Source: Candidatus Brocadiia bacterium
Lineage (GTDB): Bacteria > Planctomycetota > DG-23 > SLPQ01
Assembly: GCA_007131925.1 (NCBI GenBank)
Contig: SLPQ01000001.1
Location: 1-44,216, forward strand
Direction: 5' to 3'
Length of the DNA: 44,216 nucleotides
Shown here: piece after piece, positions 9,092 through 17,956 of the stretch
Layout of the letters: each line of letters starts with the position of its first letter
Position numbering within the stretch: position 1 is the first letter of the stretch
Notes under the pieces: model-generated
Seen by the model: the letters and a program-made list of their open reading frames with translations, nothing else
The model's database searches: none
What the model was told of the DNA's origin: nothing
Made by a program: the position numbers and the translations under genes

Positions 9092-10426
9092 ATGTCAGTA
9101 GAAGACTTCATGCGGCGGGTGGTCGAGAAAAACCCTGGGGAGGTCGAGTTTCACCAGGCGGTGCGTGACGTGGTATCAAGTGTCATGCCCATTGTACAGT
9201 CAACGCCGCGCTACTACGAGGCGAAGATCCTCGAGCGGCTCGTCGAGCCAGAGCGAGTACTCATTTTTCGCGTGCCGTGGGAGGACGACGGAGGCCAGAT
9301 TCACATAAACCGTGGCATACGGGTGGAGATGAACAGCGCCATCGGCCCGTACAAGGGCGGCTTGCGGTTTCACCCTACGGTGTACGTGGGGCTGTTGAAG
9401 TTTCTGGCATTTGAGCAGGTTTTCAAAAACAGCCTAACAACGCTGCCTATGGGGGGCGCGAAAGGCGGCAGCGACTTTAACCCCAAGGGCAAGAGTAACC
9501 GGGAGGTGATGCGCTTCTGCCAGAGCTTCATGACGGAGCTTTTTAGATACATAGGACCGGATACGGACGTGCCAGCGGGCGACATTGGCGTGGGCGTCCG
9601 TGAAATCGGCTATCTTTTCGGCCAGTATAAGCGGCTCAAGAATGAATTTACGGGGGTTATCACCGGCAAGGGCCTCAACTGGGGCGGCTCTCTCATCCGT
9701 CCCGAGGCGACAGGTTATGGTGCAGTCTATTTTGCGGCTGAGATGCTGGCAACCAGGAAAGAAAGCTTCAAGGGAAAGACGGTGACCGTCTCGGGGTCGG
9801 GCAACGTCGCCCAGTACACGGCCGAAAAGGTCAATGAGCTTGGTGGCAAGGTCATCACGCTCTCGGACTCCGACGGCACCGTTCTTGATATGAACGGCAT
9901 AGACTCAGAAAAGCTCACCTGGCTCATGAACCTCAAGAACATCCGCCGCGGTCGCATAAGCGAGTACGCCGAGCATTTCGACGGTGCTGAGTTTTTGGAA
10001 GGCCACCGCCCGTGGGAGGTGCCCTGTGATGTGGCCTTTCCAAGTGCCACGCACAACGAAATCAGCGCGGAGGATGCCCGGGCCCTGGTTAAGAACGGCT
10101 GCTTCTGCGTCAGCGAGGGGGCAAACATGCCTACGACGCCGGAGGGCGTGGAGGTGTTTCTCGCCGCTGGTATTCTCTACGGCCCTGGCAAGGCCGCTAA
10201 CGCAGGTGGCGTGGCGGTATCGGGACTGGAAATGTCACAGAACGCCCTTCATATCAACTGGCCACGCGAGGAGGTAGACCGCAGGCTCAGGGAGATCATG
10301 GCCTCGATCCACACCGCATGCGTCAGGCACGGCAAAGACGGCGATTTTACAAACTACGTCAAAGGCGCCAATATCGCTGGTTTTATCAAGGTCGCCGATG
10401 CCATGATCGATCAGGGACTCGTCTGA
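9092..10426 (+). CDS. gdhA: NADP-specific glutamate dehydrogenase
   Basis: LPMGGAKGGSDFNPKGKS catalytic-lysine motif, a GSGNVAQY dinucleotide-binding motif, and a typical C-terminus ...GFIKVADAMIDQGLV. ATG 9092 is preceded by GGAGAAGG. Confidence 0.93.
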   Translation: MSVEDFMRRVVEKNPGEVEFHQAVRDVVSSVMPIVQSTPRYYEAKILERLVEPERVLIFRVPWEDDGGQIHINRGIRVEMNSAIGPYKGGLRFHPTVYVGLLKFLAFEQVFKNSLTTLPMGGAKGGSDFNPKGKSNREVMRFCQSFMTELFRYIGPDTDVPAGDIGVGVREIGYLFGQYKRLKNEFTGVITGKGLNWGGSLIRPEATGYGAVYFAAEMLATRKESFKGKTVTVSGSGNVAQYTAEKVNELGGKVITLSDSDGTVLDMNGIDSEKLTWLMNLKNIRRGRISEYAEHFDGAEFLEGHRPWEVPCDVAFPSATHNEISAEDARALVKNGCFCVSEGANMPTTPEGVEVFLAAGILYGPGKAANAGGVAVSGLEMSQNALHINWPREEVDRRLREIMASIHTACVRHGKDGDFTNYVKGANIAGFIKVADAMIDQGLV

Positions 10427-10512
10427 TCCGTGCCCTCGGCGCCGCCACCCACTCCCGATCCCTCTTGTCACACCGGCCGGCCCAGGCAGCTGACCGCCAT
10501 GTCTGCAGGTAC

Positions 10513-10541
10513 TTGCCAACGTCAGGCAATTTCCGTAAGAT
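10513..10541 (+). promoter_or_regulatory. Predicted sigma70-type promoter for the split glutamate synthase genes (TTGCCA-17 nt-TAAGAT)
   Basis: TTGCCA at 10513..10518, a 17-nt spacer, TAAGAT at 10536..10541. This implies a leader of about 110 nt. Pattern match only. Confidence 0.45.
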
Positions 10542-10658
10542 AAAGCCATGGGGGACGTACCGTCACGTGCGCGACGTGCGCGCATGCGCTGGGGGCTGCC
10601 CGATGCGCCATCAATGTTGGATGCCGGACCCGGAGACTCTTTAGCTGCAGGAAGGTCA

Positions 10659-11756
10659 ATGACATACGTATCTGAGGGTCGCATCGCCAGCGGCTGCAGC
10701 GTCGGCGCCTTCATAGATCGCTCCGGCAGGGCCATATCCGGAGATGTCGTGGTCGAGCTGATGGCGTCGATGCGCGACAGAGCTACAGACCTCGGTGCCG
10801 GCTATGCCGGATACGGGATCTATCCTGATCTCAAGGACTTCTATGCCCTGCACATAATGTATGACTCGCCCACCGCCCAGGTGCGCACCGAGGAGATGCT
10901 TCGCAGCAGATTTGCCATAAAGCGTGACGAGGTTATGCCGACCCGGCAGGTAGACTCCATCCACGCCGCGCCGCTGTTGCGACGGTACTTCGTGCGGCCG
11001 AGCCACCTGGCCCTTGCCGAAAGCAGGCTTGATGAGGAGGACGAGTTTGTCCGTCGCACAGTCATGCAGATAAATGCAGGGCTGGAGGGGGCGTTTGTCT
11101 TTTCAAGCGGCAAAAACATGGGCGTCTTCAAGGGAGTGGGGTATCCTGAGGAGATAGCGGAGTTCTTTCGCATAGGTGAATACGACGCCTATTGCTGGAT
11201 AGCGCACGGGCGCTTTCCGACAAACACGCCCGGCTGGTGGGGCGGTGCGCACCCCTTCTCGGTACTCAACTGGTCGATCGTCCACAACGGCGAGATATCT
11301 TCCTACGGGATAAACCGCCGGTACCTCGAGATGATGGGCTACCGCTGCACGCTCATGACCGATACGGAGGTGATGGCGTACCTCGTGGACCTGCTGGTTC
11401 GCCGGCATGGTCTGCCAGCCTATCTTGCCTGCAAGGTGCTGGCGCCTCCTTTCTGGGATGAGATAGACAGGATGGATGAGCCCGACAGGCAGGTTTACGA
11501 GAGCCTGCGCATCGTGTACGGCTCCGCGTCTGTCAATGGACCCTTTAGCATTGTATGTGGTTATGGAAGGGGAATGTTCGGCCTGAATGACCGCATAAAG
11601 CTTCGGCCCATGATAGCGGCCGAGAAGGGTGACATGGTCTACATAGCAAGCGAGGAGTCCGCCATACGCGCCATTGAGGCAAACCCCCAGCGGGTTTGGA
11701 ACCCGAGGGGCGGCGAGCCGGTCATCGCCCAGCTCTACGAGGATGTGGCAGTATGA
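10659..11756 (+). CDS. Class II (Ntn) glutamine amidotransferase subunit of an archaeal-type split glutamate synthase
   Basis: WIAHGRFPTNTPGWWGGAHPF and VHNGEISSYGINRRYLEMMGY match the GltS amidotransferase domain. ATG 10659 is preceded by GCAGGAAGG. The stop overlaps the next start (ATGA). Confidence 0.8.
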   Translation: MTYVSEGRIASGCSVGAFIDRSGRAISGDVVVELMASMRDRATDLGAGYAGYGIYPDLKDFYALHIMYDSPTAQVRTEEMLRSRFAIKRDEVMPTRQVDSIHAAPLLRRYFVRPSHLALAESRLDEEDEFVRRTVMQINAGLEGAFVFSSGKNMGVFKGVGYPEEIAEFFRIGEYDAYCWIAHGRFPTNTPGWWGGAHPFSVLNWSIVHNGEISSYGINRRYLEMMGYRCTLMTDTEVMAYLVDLLVRRHGLPAYLACKVLAPPFWDEIDRMDEPDRQVYESLRIVYGSASVNGPFSIVCGYGRGMFGLNDRIKLRPMIAAEKGDMVYIASEESAIRAIEANPQRVWNPRGGEPVIAQLYEDVAV

Positions 11757-13270
11757 AAAGATACGAAATGCCACCTTCATTTCGCCTGAAGATAGACCGC
11801 GACCTGTGCGTGGCGTGCAAGCGCTGTACGGACGAGTGCGGCTTCGGGGTTCTTTCATATGACCATGAGGCTGGAAGAATAAAAGCTGAGCATGCCAGGT
11901 GCGTTGCCTGCCACCGCTGCATGGTCTACTGTCCGCAGAGCGCCATAACTGTCGAAGCCGATACGCACGCCTACCAGCAGAGCGCCGCCTGGCCGGTGCA
12001 CCTCAGGGAGCAGGTTTACAGGCAGGCCGCCACCGGCGGCATACTGCTGACAGCCATGGGAAACGCCATGCAGTACGAATCGATATTCGACCGGCTTGTT
12101 CTGGATGCCTGCCAGGTGACAAACCCTTCGATCGACCCACTCCGTGAGCCGATGGAGCTGCGCACATACCTGGGCAGCCGGCCCGATTCGCTGGAGTTCG
12201 AGCAGGAGGGTGGCTACAGGCTCAAGACCGAGGTGCCTCCGCAGATAAGGCTGGAAACGCCTGTTCTCTTTTCAGCGATGTCGCTGGGCGCTTTAAGCCT
12301 GCCGGTACATAAGTCGCTGGCCACAGCGGCCCGAACCGCAGGCACCTTCCTCAACACCGGCGAAGGGGGGCTCCACGAGGACCTGTATCCTTATGCCGAA
12401 AACATAATCGTACAGGTCGCCTCTGGCCGTTTCGGCGTCTTCGACAAGTACCTGAGGGCTGCCGCGGCCATCGAGATAAAGATAGGCCAGGGCGCCAAGC
12501 CCGGTATCGGAGGCCACCTTCCCGGCGAGAAGGTCGGCGACGAGGTCGCGGCCACCCGCATGATCCCTGCCGGGACCGACGCGCTCTCGCCTGCTCCCCA
12601 CCACGACATATACTCCATCGAAGACCTGCGCCAGCTGGTCTTTGCGCTAAAGGAGTCTGTAGAGTATTCCAAGCCGATATCTGTCAAGATAGCTGCAGTA
12701 CACAATATCGCCGCCATCGCGTGCGGCGTCGCCCGCGCCGGCGCTGACATCATACAGATCGACGGCTTTCGCGGCTCCACCGGCGCGGCGCCCACGATTA
12801 TTCGCGACCATGTGGGGATACCGATCGAGATCGCCATAGCGGTCGTCGACCAGAGGCTGCGGGAGGAAGGTCTTCGCAACAGGGTCTCCCTGGTGGCGGG
12901 TGGTTCCATACGTTCAAGCGCCGATCTTGCCAAGGCGATAGCTCTCGGCGCGGACGCCTGCGCTATCGGTACCGCCGCGCTGATCGCACTCGGCTGCAGG
13001 GTCTGCATGAAATGCTACACCGGAAACTGCTCCTGGGGTATAACATCCCAGAGGCCAGAGCTTTACGGCAGGATAGATCCACACGAAGGCGCCGAGCGCC
13101 TTGTGAATCTGCTTCGCGGATGGAGCCTCGAGCTCAAGGAGATACTCGGTGCCTGTGGAGTCAACAGCATCGAGTCGCTCAGGGGCTCGCGCATGCGCCT
13201 GAGAGGGATAGGATTGGATGCACAGACGCTTGAGATACTCGGCGTCAGTGCCGCAGGAGCCAGCTGCTGA
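11753..13270 (+). CDS. Glutamate synthase FMN-binding (GltS core) subunit with an N-terminal 2x[4Fe-4S] ferredoxin domain
   Basis: CVACKRCTDEC and CVACHRCMVYCP cluster motifs, followed by NTGEGG, KIGQGAKPGIGGHLPGEK and GGSIRSSADLAKAIALGAD. There is an ATGA overlap with the upstream gene. Confidence 0.85.
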   Translation: MKRYEMPPSFRLKIDRDLCVACKRCTDECGFGVLSYDHEAGRIKAEHARCVACHRCMVYCPQSAITVEADTHAYQQSAAWPVHLREQVYRQAATGGILLTAMGNAMQYESIFDRLVLDACQVTNPSIDPLREPMELRTYLGSRPDSLEFEQEGGYRLKTEVPPQIRLETPVLFSAMSLGALSLPVHKSLATAARTAGTFLNTGEGGLHEDLYPYAENIIVQVASGRFGVFDKYLRAAAAIEIKIGQGAKPGIGGHLPGEKVGDEVAATRMIPAGTDALSPAPHHDIYSIEDLRQLVFALKESVEYSKPISVKIAAVHNIAAIACGVARAGADIIQIDGFRGSTGAAPTIIRDHVGIPIEIAIAVVDQRLREEGLRNRVSLVAGGSIRSSADLAKAIALGADACAIGTAALIALGCRVCMKCYTGNCSWGITSQRPELYGRIDPHEGAERLVNLLRGWSLELKEILGACGVNSIESLRGSRMRLRGIGLDAQTLEILGVSAAGASC

Positions 13271-13337
13271 GGGGGCGTAGCTCACTGCGGCAAATGTCAG
13301 CAAAAAGCGGAATTTGTCATTTTGTGCGCAAGAATAG

Positions 13338-13366
13338 TTGAATTTGTCGGTCCGTGGCACTAAGAT
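13338..13366 (+). promoter_or_regulatory. Predicted sigma70-type promoter for the HEAT-like gene (TTGAAT-17 nt-TAAGAT)
   Basis: TTGAAT at 13338..13343, a 17-nt spacer, TAAGAT at 13361..13366, in an AT-richer spacer. Pattern match only. Confidence 0.4.
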
Positions 13367-13406
13367 TTCCTTGGACTCAGGCCAAGTTGGCTCGAAGGAG
13401 TGTGAA

Positions 13407-14336
13407 ATGAAGCAAGCTCGCTGGTCGGTTCTCATGGTCCTTCTCCTGTTGCTGTCGGCGACGGCTTACGCCTGGCCTGAACCCGATTATACGGATGTTC
13501 CGCAGTTTTATCGGGAGTATCAGGCCTTCCAGCGTATGGCCGGGTGGATTCTGGAGGCATGGCAGAACCCCACCGAAGTCATGACTGCGCAGGTAGAGAA
13601 GGTGGCAGAGTGGAATGCGGCAGGCAGGCCCGATGATGAAACCCCAGAGGCCATGAGATATCTCGGCCTGCAGGACTACATGGTCTCACGCAGGGCCGTG
13701 CAGGGTGACAGCGCGATCAGGGGGATGCTTGCCGGCGTCCTGGTGGAAAACGCGCGTTGGGATCCGGTCTTCGCGGCGATACTGGAGGTGGCCCGGCCTC
13801 ATAGTGAAAACCGGGTCGAGGCCATACAGGCAATGCGGGTGCTGGTTGATGCGCTCAATACGCTCGAGGGAGACCATCATGGGGCCTGGCAGGCCGCCAG
13901 CGCCATAGTTGTCGAAAAGATGGAAGATGGCCGTGCCGGTGTTCGTTTCATGGCGATAAATGGCATCGTCGCGCTTCCGGACGCCTACCGGACCGAGCAG
14001 ATGACGCAGTTGCTCATCAGTGAAGTCGCCGGTGACGAGGACATCCTCATCGCCCAGGCTGCGCGCTCGCTCGCTGAGATAGGCGCCGTGGAGGCAGTGC
14101 GCCCCCTCATGGAAAAGTTCATGGCGCTGGAGGAGGGGGATGACCCCGCGACGCCCGCAGAAGAAGAGACGGCCACAGAGCCGATCAACCAGACGCGGCT
14201 TATCCTGGCCGACGCCGTTGAGAGGCTTATCAGTCTGGACCTCGCCGTGAAGCGACAGCCCGACAGGGCCAGCCTGATGGCACGCTATCAGGAGCTTGAG
14301 GACTGGTGGGACGCAAACCAGAGCCAGTATAACTGA
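13407..14336 (+). CDS. Secreted hypothetical protein with HEAT/PBS-lyase-like repeats
   Basis: AAGGAG 6 nt upstream of ATG 13407. Signal peptide MKQARWSVLMVLLLLLSATAYA|W. Repeat-like segments VRFMAINGIVALPD and IAQAARSLAEIGAVEAVRPLMEKF. Confidence 0.6.
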   Translation: MKQARWSVLMVLLLLLSATAYAWPEPDYTDVPQFYREYQAFQRMAGWILEAWQNPTEVMTAQVEKVAEWNAAGRPDDETPEAMRYLGLQDYMVSRRAVQGDSAIRGMLAGVLVENARWDPVFAAILEVARPHSENRVEAIQAMRVLVDALNTLEGDHHGAWQAASAIVVEKMEDGRAGVRFMAINGIVALPDAYRTEQMTQLLISEVAGDEDILIAQAARSLAEIGAVEAVRPLMEKFMALEEGDDPATPAEEETATEPINQTRLILADAVERLISLDLAVKRQPDRASLMARYQELEDWWDANQSQYN

Positions 14337-14395
14337 GCGTACCATGCAGGCAAGCTCGTCTGCGGCCTTCAGGATACATCGCTTCACTGCGAACC

Positions 14396-15145
14396 ATGAA
14401 AACAATCATTGACGCGACAAGCCTGCACTACAGGCACTTGAACGAAAACCTGCGAAAGGCGCTTGCCGCCGGCGCGACCGACATCACAGTCAAGGGCGTC
14501 AGGGGGCAGCGCTATATCTGCGCCGGATTTACTGCCGAAAGGCCTGCCTCGCTCACTATCGAAGGCATCCCCGGAAACGACCTCGCCGCGTTTATGAACG
14601 CCCCCCTGACCATCCGTGTGAAGGGAAATACGCAGGACGGCGTGGCAAACACGATGAACGAAGGCAAGATCGTGATTGAAGGCGATGCCGGTGATGTGTC
14701 CGGGTACTCGATGCGCGGCGGCAAGCTCTTCATCGGCGGAAATGCTGGCTACCGCGTCGGCATTCATGCGAAGGCCTACAGGGACCGGGCCGCCACAGTA
14801 GTAGTCGCAGGTTCGGCACAGGATTTCTTCGGCGAGTACATGGCCGGCGGCATCATGGCCATCCTCGGCCTCGACCGGCTTGCGGGACAGCCCATTGTCG
14901 GCAGTTTTTGCGCCACCGGAATGCACGGGGGCACGATATTCATCCGCGAACACATCGATCCTCGCATAGTTGGCAAAGAGGCCGCCATAAGCGAGCTCTC
15001 CGAGGGAGACTGGCGTGAGCTTGGTGTGCTTCTGGATGAGTTTGCCACCGATCTCGCAAGGGACCTCTCACATCTGAATAAGAGCGAGTTCATCAAGATC
15101 GAGCCGGTTTCCGGACGGCCATACGGTCGGCTGTACGCCTACTGA
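14396..15145 (+). CDS. GXGXG-motif (glutamate synthase alpha-subunit C-terminal domain-like) protein
   Basis: Beta-helix glycine repeats GNDLAAFMNAPLTIRVKGNTQDGVANTMNEGKIVIEGDAGDVSGYSMRGGKLFIGGNAGYRVG. The 249-aa length is typical of the stand-alone domain-3 subunit. Confidence 0.82.
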   Translation: MKTIIDATSLHYRHLNENLRKALAAGATDITVKGVRGQRYICAGFTAERPASLTIEGIPGNDLAAFMNAPLTIRVKGNTQDGVANTMNEGKIVIEGDAGDVSGYSMRGGKLFIGGNAGYRVGIHAKAYRDRAATVVVAGSAQDFFGEYMAGGIMAILGLDRLAGQPIVGSFCATGMHGGTIFIREHIDPRIVGKEAAISELSEGDWRELGVLLDEFATDLARDLSHLNKSEFIKIEPVSGRPYGRLYAY

Positions 15146-15197
15146 GGGCTGCTGTCACCATCCGTACGGTCCAGTGCGCAAAATAACCGCCGCAAAC

Positions 15198-15226
15198 TGG
15201 CAATCCTTGCGCGTATATGGTATAAA
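15198..15226 (+). promoter_or_regulatory. Predicted sigma70-type promoter for the peptide ABC operon (TGGCAA-17 nt-TATAAA, TGG before the -10)
   Basis: TGGCAA at 15198..15203, a 17-nt spacer, TATAAA at 15221..15226. Pattern match only. Confidence 0.4.
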
Positions 15227-15255
15227 TAGACATGCTGAAAATTCGGAGGGCACCA

Positions 15256-16953
15256 GTGAGAAATTCCGCAATTCTGCTGCTGGCAGTGTCGTTGCTGGCG
15301 CTTGGCTGCCCGAGAACGGGCACGGGCCCGGCACCTGCCGAGGAAGTGGAAAGGCGCCCGGGGCGGTCATCCGGTCTGGGTGAGCGCTCGCTTGTCGGCG
15401 CAAACCCGCCGCCTGTGGTCGGCCCGGTCGTCGAGGATGGCGGCACGCTTGTCAGGCGGCTCAATGCAGAGCCAGATACTCTCAATCCGCTCACGGGGCG
15501 GGACGCCTACGGCTCGCTTGTTCTGGGACTGGTGACGGATAGCTTAGTCTCGCGACATCCCGACACTTTGGAGTGGGAGGCGCGCCTTGCCGAGTCGTGG
15601 GAGGCATCCGACGACCATCTCAGCTACACTTTCCACCTGCGTCGTGACGTCACGTGGCATGACGGCGAGCCCTTCACGTCCGCGGACGTATTGTATTCCT
15701 TCGAGAAGGTGATGGACCCGACCGTGGATGCGCCGCATCTTCGCAGCTACTACCAGGATCTTGATAGCATAACCGCACCCGATGACTACACGGTCGTCTT
15801 CACGTGGAAAAAGCCTTACTTCCTGAGCTTCAATTTCTCAGCGGGTTTTCCCATACTTCCCAGGCACATCTTCGATGACGGCACCGACTTCAACACCCAC
15901 AGTGCCTCGCGCGCGCCCGTCGGAAACGGCATGTACAGGTTTGTCTCCTGGCGGACCAATGAAGAGATAGTCCTCCAGCGAAACGAGGACTACTACGGCC
16001 GCAAGCCGAATATGGAGCGGATGGTGATAAGGTTCATCCCCGACAACAACAGCGCGCTCATGCAGGCGGCCAGCGGGATGGTGGATTACATGGGCGTCCA
16101 GCCCGAGCAATGGGTGCACCAGCTTCCAGCAAACGTATACAGCCGCAACTTCAACCGCTACTACTATTATGCGCCCAACTACAACTACATCGGATGGAAC
16201 CTCAGGCGGCCGTTCTTCGCCGACAGAAAGGTTCGCCTTGCGATGACTCACCTGGTCAATCGTGAGGCCATCCTCGAGGAGATACTCTACGGGCTCGGCA
16301 AGATCGTAACAGGCACGTTTTACATACATGGCGACGACTACAGTCATGACATCGAGCCTTGGCCATATGACCCCGCCGAGGCCAGGCGGCTGCTTGACGA
16401 GTCCGGATGGGTCGACTCGACGGGAGACGGCATAAGGGACAAGATGGTTGACGGCGAGAGGGTTTCGTTTCGTTTTGACTTCATGTATCCGGCCGGCAAC
16501 ACCACGGCTGAGAAGATCGCCATATTCCTGCAGAGCGAGCTCAGAAGGCTTGGCATCGAGATGAATATCCAGAACAGGGAGTGGGCGATCTTCACCGAAA
16601 GGCTCAATGAAGGAGACTTTGACGCGGTGACGCTTGGCTGGTCGCTGGGAATAGAGCAGGACCCCTACCAGCTCTGGCACTCCTCGCAGGTGGACCGTGG
16701 CTCAAACTTCATCGCGTTTCGCAATGAAGAGATCGATCAGATCATCGAGGCCGCCCGTGTCGAGTTTGACCGCGAAAAGCGCAGCGCCCTTTATGACCGT
16801 TTCAACCACATAGTGCATGAGGAGCAGCCGTATACGTTTCTCTTCTGCAGGCCGAGCCTTGAGATCGTCCACCAGCGCTTTCACAACGTCATCGTCCACA
16901 CGCTCGGTCTTGACCACAGGGACTGGTACGTGCCGTCGGCATTGAGAGAGTAG
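15256..16953 (+). CDS. Peptide/nickel ABC transporter substrate-binding lipoprotein (SBP family 5, OppA/DppA-like)
   Basis: GTG 15256 lies 5 nt after GGAGGG and gives MRNSAILLLAVSLLALGC, which ends in a lipobox LALGC. Family-5 SBP length and composition. The ORF-track ATG 15232 lies only 5 nt after the predicted -10. Confidence 0.85.
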   Translation: MRNSAILLLAVSLLALGCPRTGTGPAPAEEVERRPGRSSGLGERSLVGANPPPVVGPVVEDGGTLVRRLNAEPDTLNPLTGRDAYGSLVLGLVTDSLVSRHPDTLEWEARLAESWEASDDHLSYTFHLRRDVTWHDGEPFTSADVLYSFEKVMDPTVDAPHLRSYYQDLDSITAPDDYTVVFTWKKPYFLSFNFSAGFPILPRHIFDDGTDFNTHSASRAPVGNGMYRFVSWRTNEEIVLQRNEDYYGRKPNMERMVIRFIPDNNSALMQAASGMVDYMGVQPEQWVHQLPANVYSRNFNRYYYYAPNYNYIGWNLRRPFFADRKVRLAMTHLVNREAILEEILYGLGKIVTGTFYIHGDDYSHDIEPWPYDPAEARRLLDESGWVDSTGDGIRDKMVDGERVSFRFDFMYPAGNTTAEKIAIFLQSELRRLGIEMNIQNREWAIFTERLNEGDFDAVTLGWSLGIEQDPYQLWHSSQVDRGSNFIAFRNEEIDQIIEAARVEFDREKRSALYDRFNHIVHEEQPYTFLFCRPSLEIVHQRFHNVIVHTLGLDHRDWYVPSALRE

Positions 16954-16963
16954 CTCCCTCGAT

Positions 16964-17956
16964 ATGACTCAGTACATCATAAGACGCCTGCTATGGATGA
17001 TTCCGACGCTCATCGGGATCACACTGGTTACTTTCGTGATAGTCCAGCTGGCCCCCGGCGACCCGGTGAGGCTTTCCATGGGCATAGGCGGAGATCTCAT
17101 GGCTGAGGGCCATTCGCGGGAAATACTCGAGGAGCAGCGACGGCTTCTCGGCCTCGACCAGCCCCTCTGGATGCGCTATCCGTTATGGCTCGGCAGGCTG
17201 GCGAGGCTGGACTTCGGCAGGTCATTCACCGACTGGCGGCCCGTGAGCGAGATCATTTACGAGCGGCTCGGCATCACCCTGCAGATAAACCTGATTTCGA
17301 TACTTATCGCGTATATTATCGCCATTCCCATAGGCATAGACGCCTCCGTGGGCGCCGGCTCTATAAGGGAGCGTGCGGTCACGGTATTGCTGTTCATCAT
17401 GTACAGTCTGCCGTCCTTCTGGACAGCCTACATTCTTATATACTTTCTGGCCGGGGGGCACTACTTCAACATCTTTCCCGTGGGAAACATAAGCAGTCCG
17501 GGTGCGGCAGAGTTTGGATTTCTCCAGTGGTTTCTCGACCGGCTCTGGCATCTTGTGCTGCCGGTGGCGTGCCTTACATATGCGAGTTTTGCGGGGATCT
17601 CCCGCTACATGCGCAGCGGGATGATAGAGATACTGCGGCAGGACTACATCCGCACGGCCAGGGCAAAAGGGCTCTCGGAGCGGGCGGTCATATTCAAGCA
17701 CGCCCTGAGAAACTCCGTCATCCCGATCGTGACGATCTTTGCAGGCATCCTGCCGACCCTCATCGGCGGCTCGGTCATCATCGAAACGATATTCAACATC
17801 CCCGGCATGGGCCGGCTGGGCTTTAACGCCGTGCTCGCACGCAATTACCCGGTAATAATGGCCGTGGCGACCGTGGCGGCGGTACTTACCCTCCTGGGGA
17901 TACTGCTTTCGGACATTCTCTACGCGGTGGTGGACCCGAGGATCAAGTATGAGTGA
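16964..17956 (+). CDS. ABC transporter permease (OppB/DppB-like)
   Basis: N-terminus MTQYIIRRLLWMIPTLIGITLVTF and the EAA-loop region DYIRTARAKGLSERAVIFKHALRN. Confidence 0.9.
   Translation: MTQYIIRRLLWMIPTLIGITLVTFVIVQLAPGDPVRLSMGIGGDLMAEGHSREILEEQRRLLGLDQPLWMRYPLWLGRLARLDFGRSFTDWRPVSEIIYERLGITLQINLISILIAYIIAIPIGIDASVGAGSIRERAVTVLLFIMYSLPSFWTAYILIYFLAGGHYFNIFPVGNISSPGAAEFGFLQWFLDRLWHLVLPVACLTYASFAGISRYMRSGMIEILRQDYIRTARAKGLSERAVIFKHALRNSVIPIVTIFAGILPTLIGGSVIIETIFNIPGMGRLGFNAVLARNYPVIMAVATVAAVLTLLGILLSDILYAVVDPRIKYE

Noticed and set aside
10548-10658. Longer N-termini offered by the ORF track for several genes (for example 10548, 11696, 13338, 18806, 19924, 24094, 30098, 31657, 40760 and 718)
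   Set aside because: The extensions are Arg/Gly-rich, overlap the preceding gene or lack an SD. Internal starts with SD sequences or ATGA/GTGA coupling coincide with the conserved family N-termini.
15232-15255. Leaderless translation of the substrate-binding protein from ATG 15232, which lies only 5 nt after the predicted -10
   Set aside because: GTG 15256 has a GGAGGG SD at ideal spacing and yields a clean lipoprotein signal peptide (MRNSAILLLAVSLLALGC). The longer N-terminus adds nothing conserved. Leaderless use of 15232 cannot be excluded.
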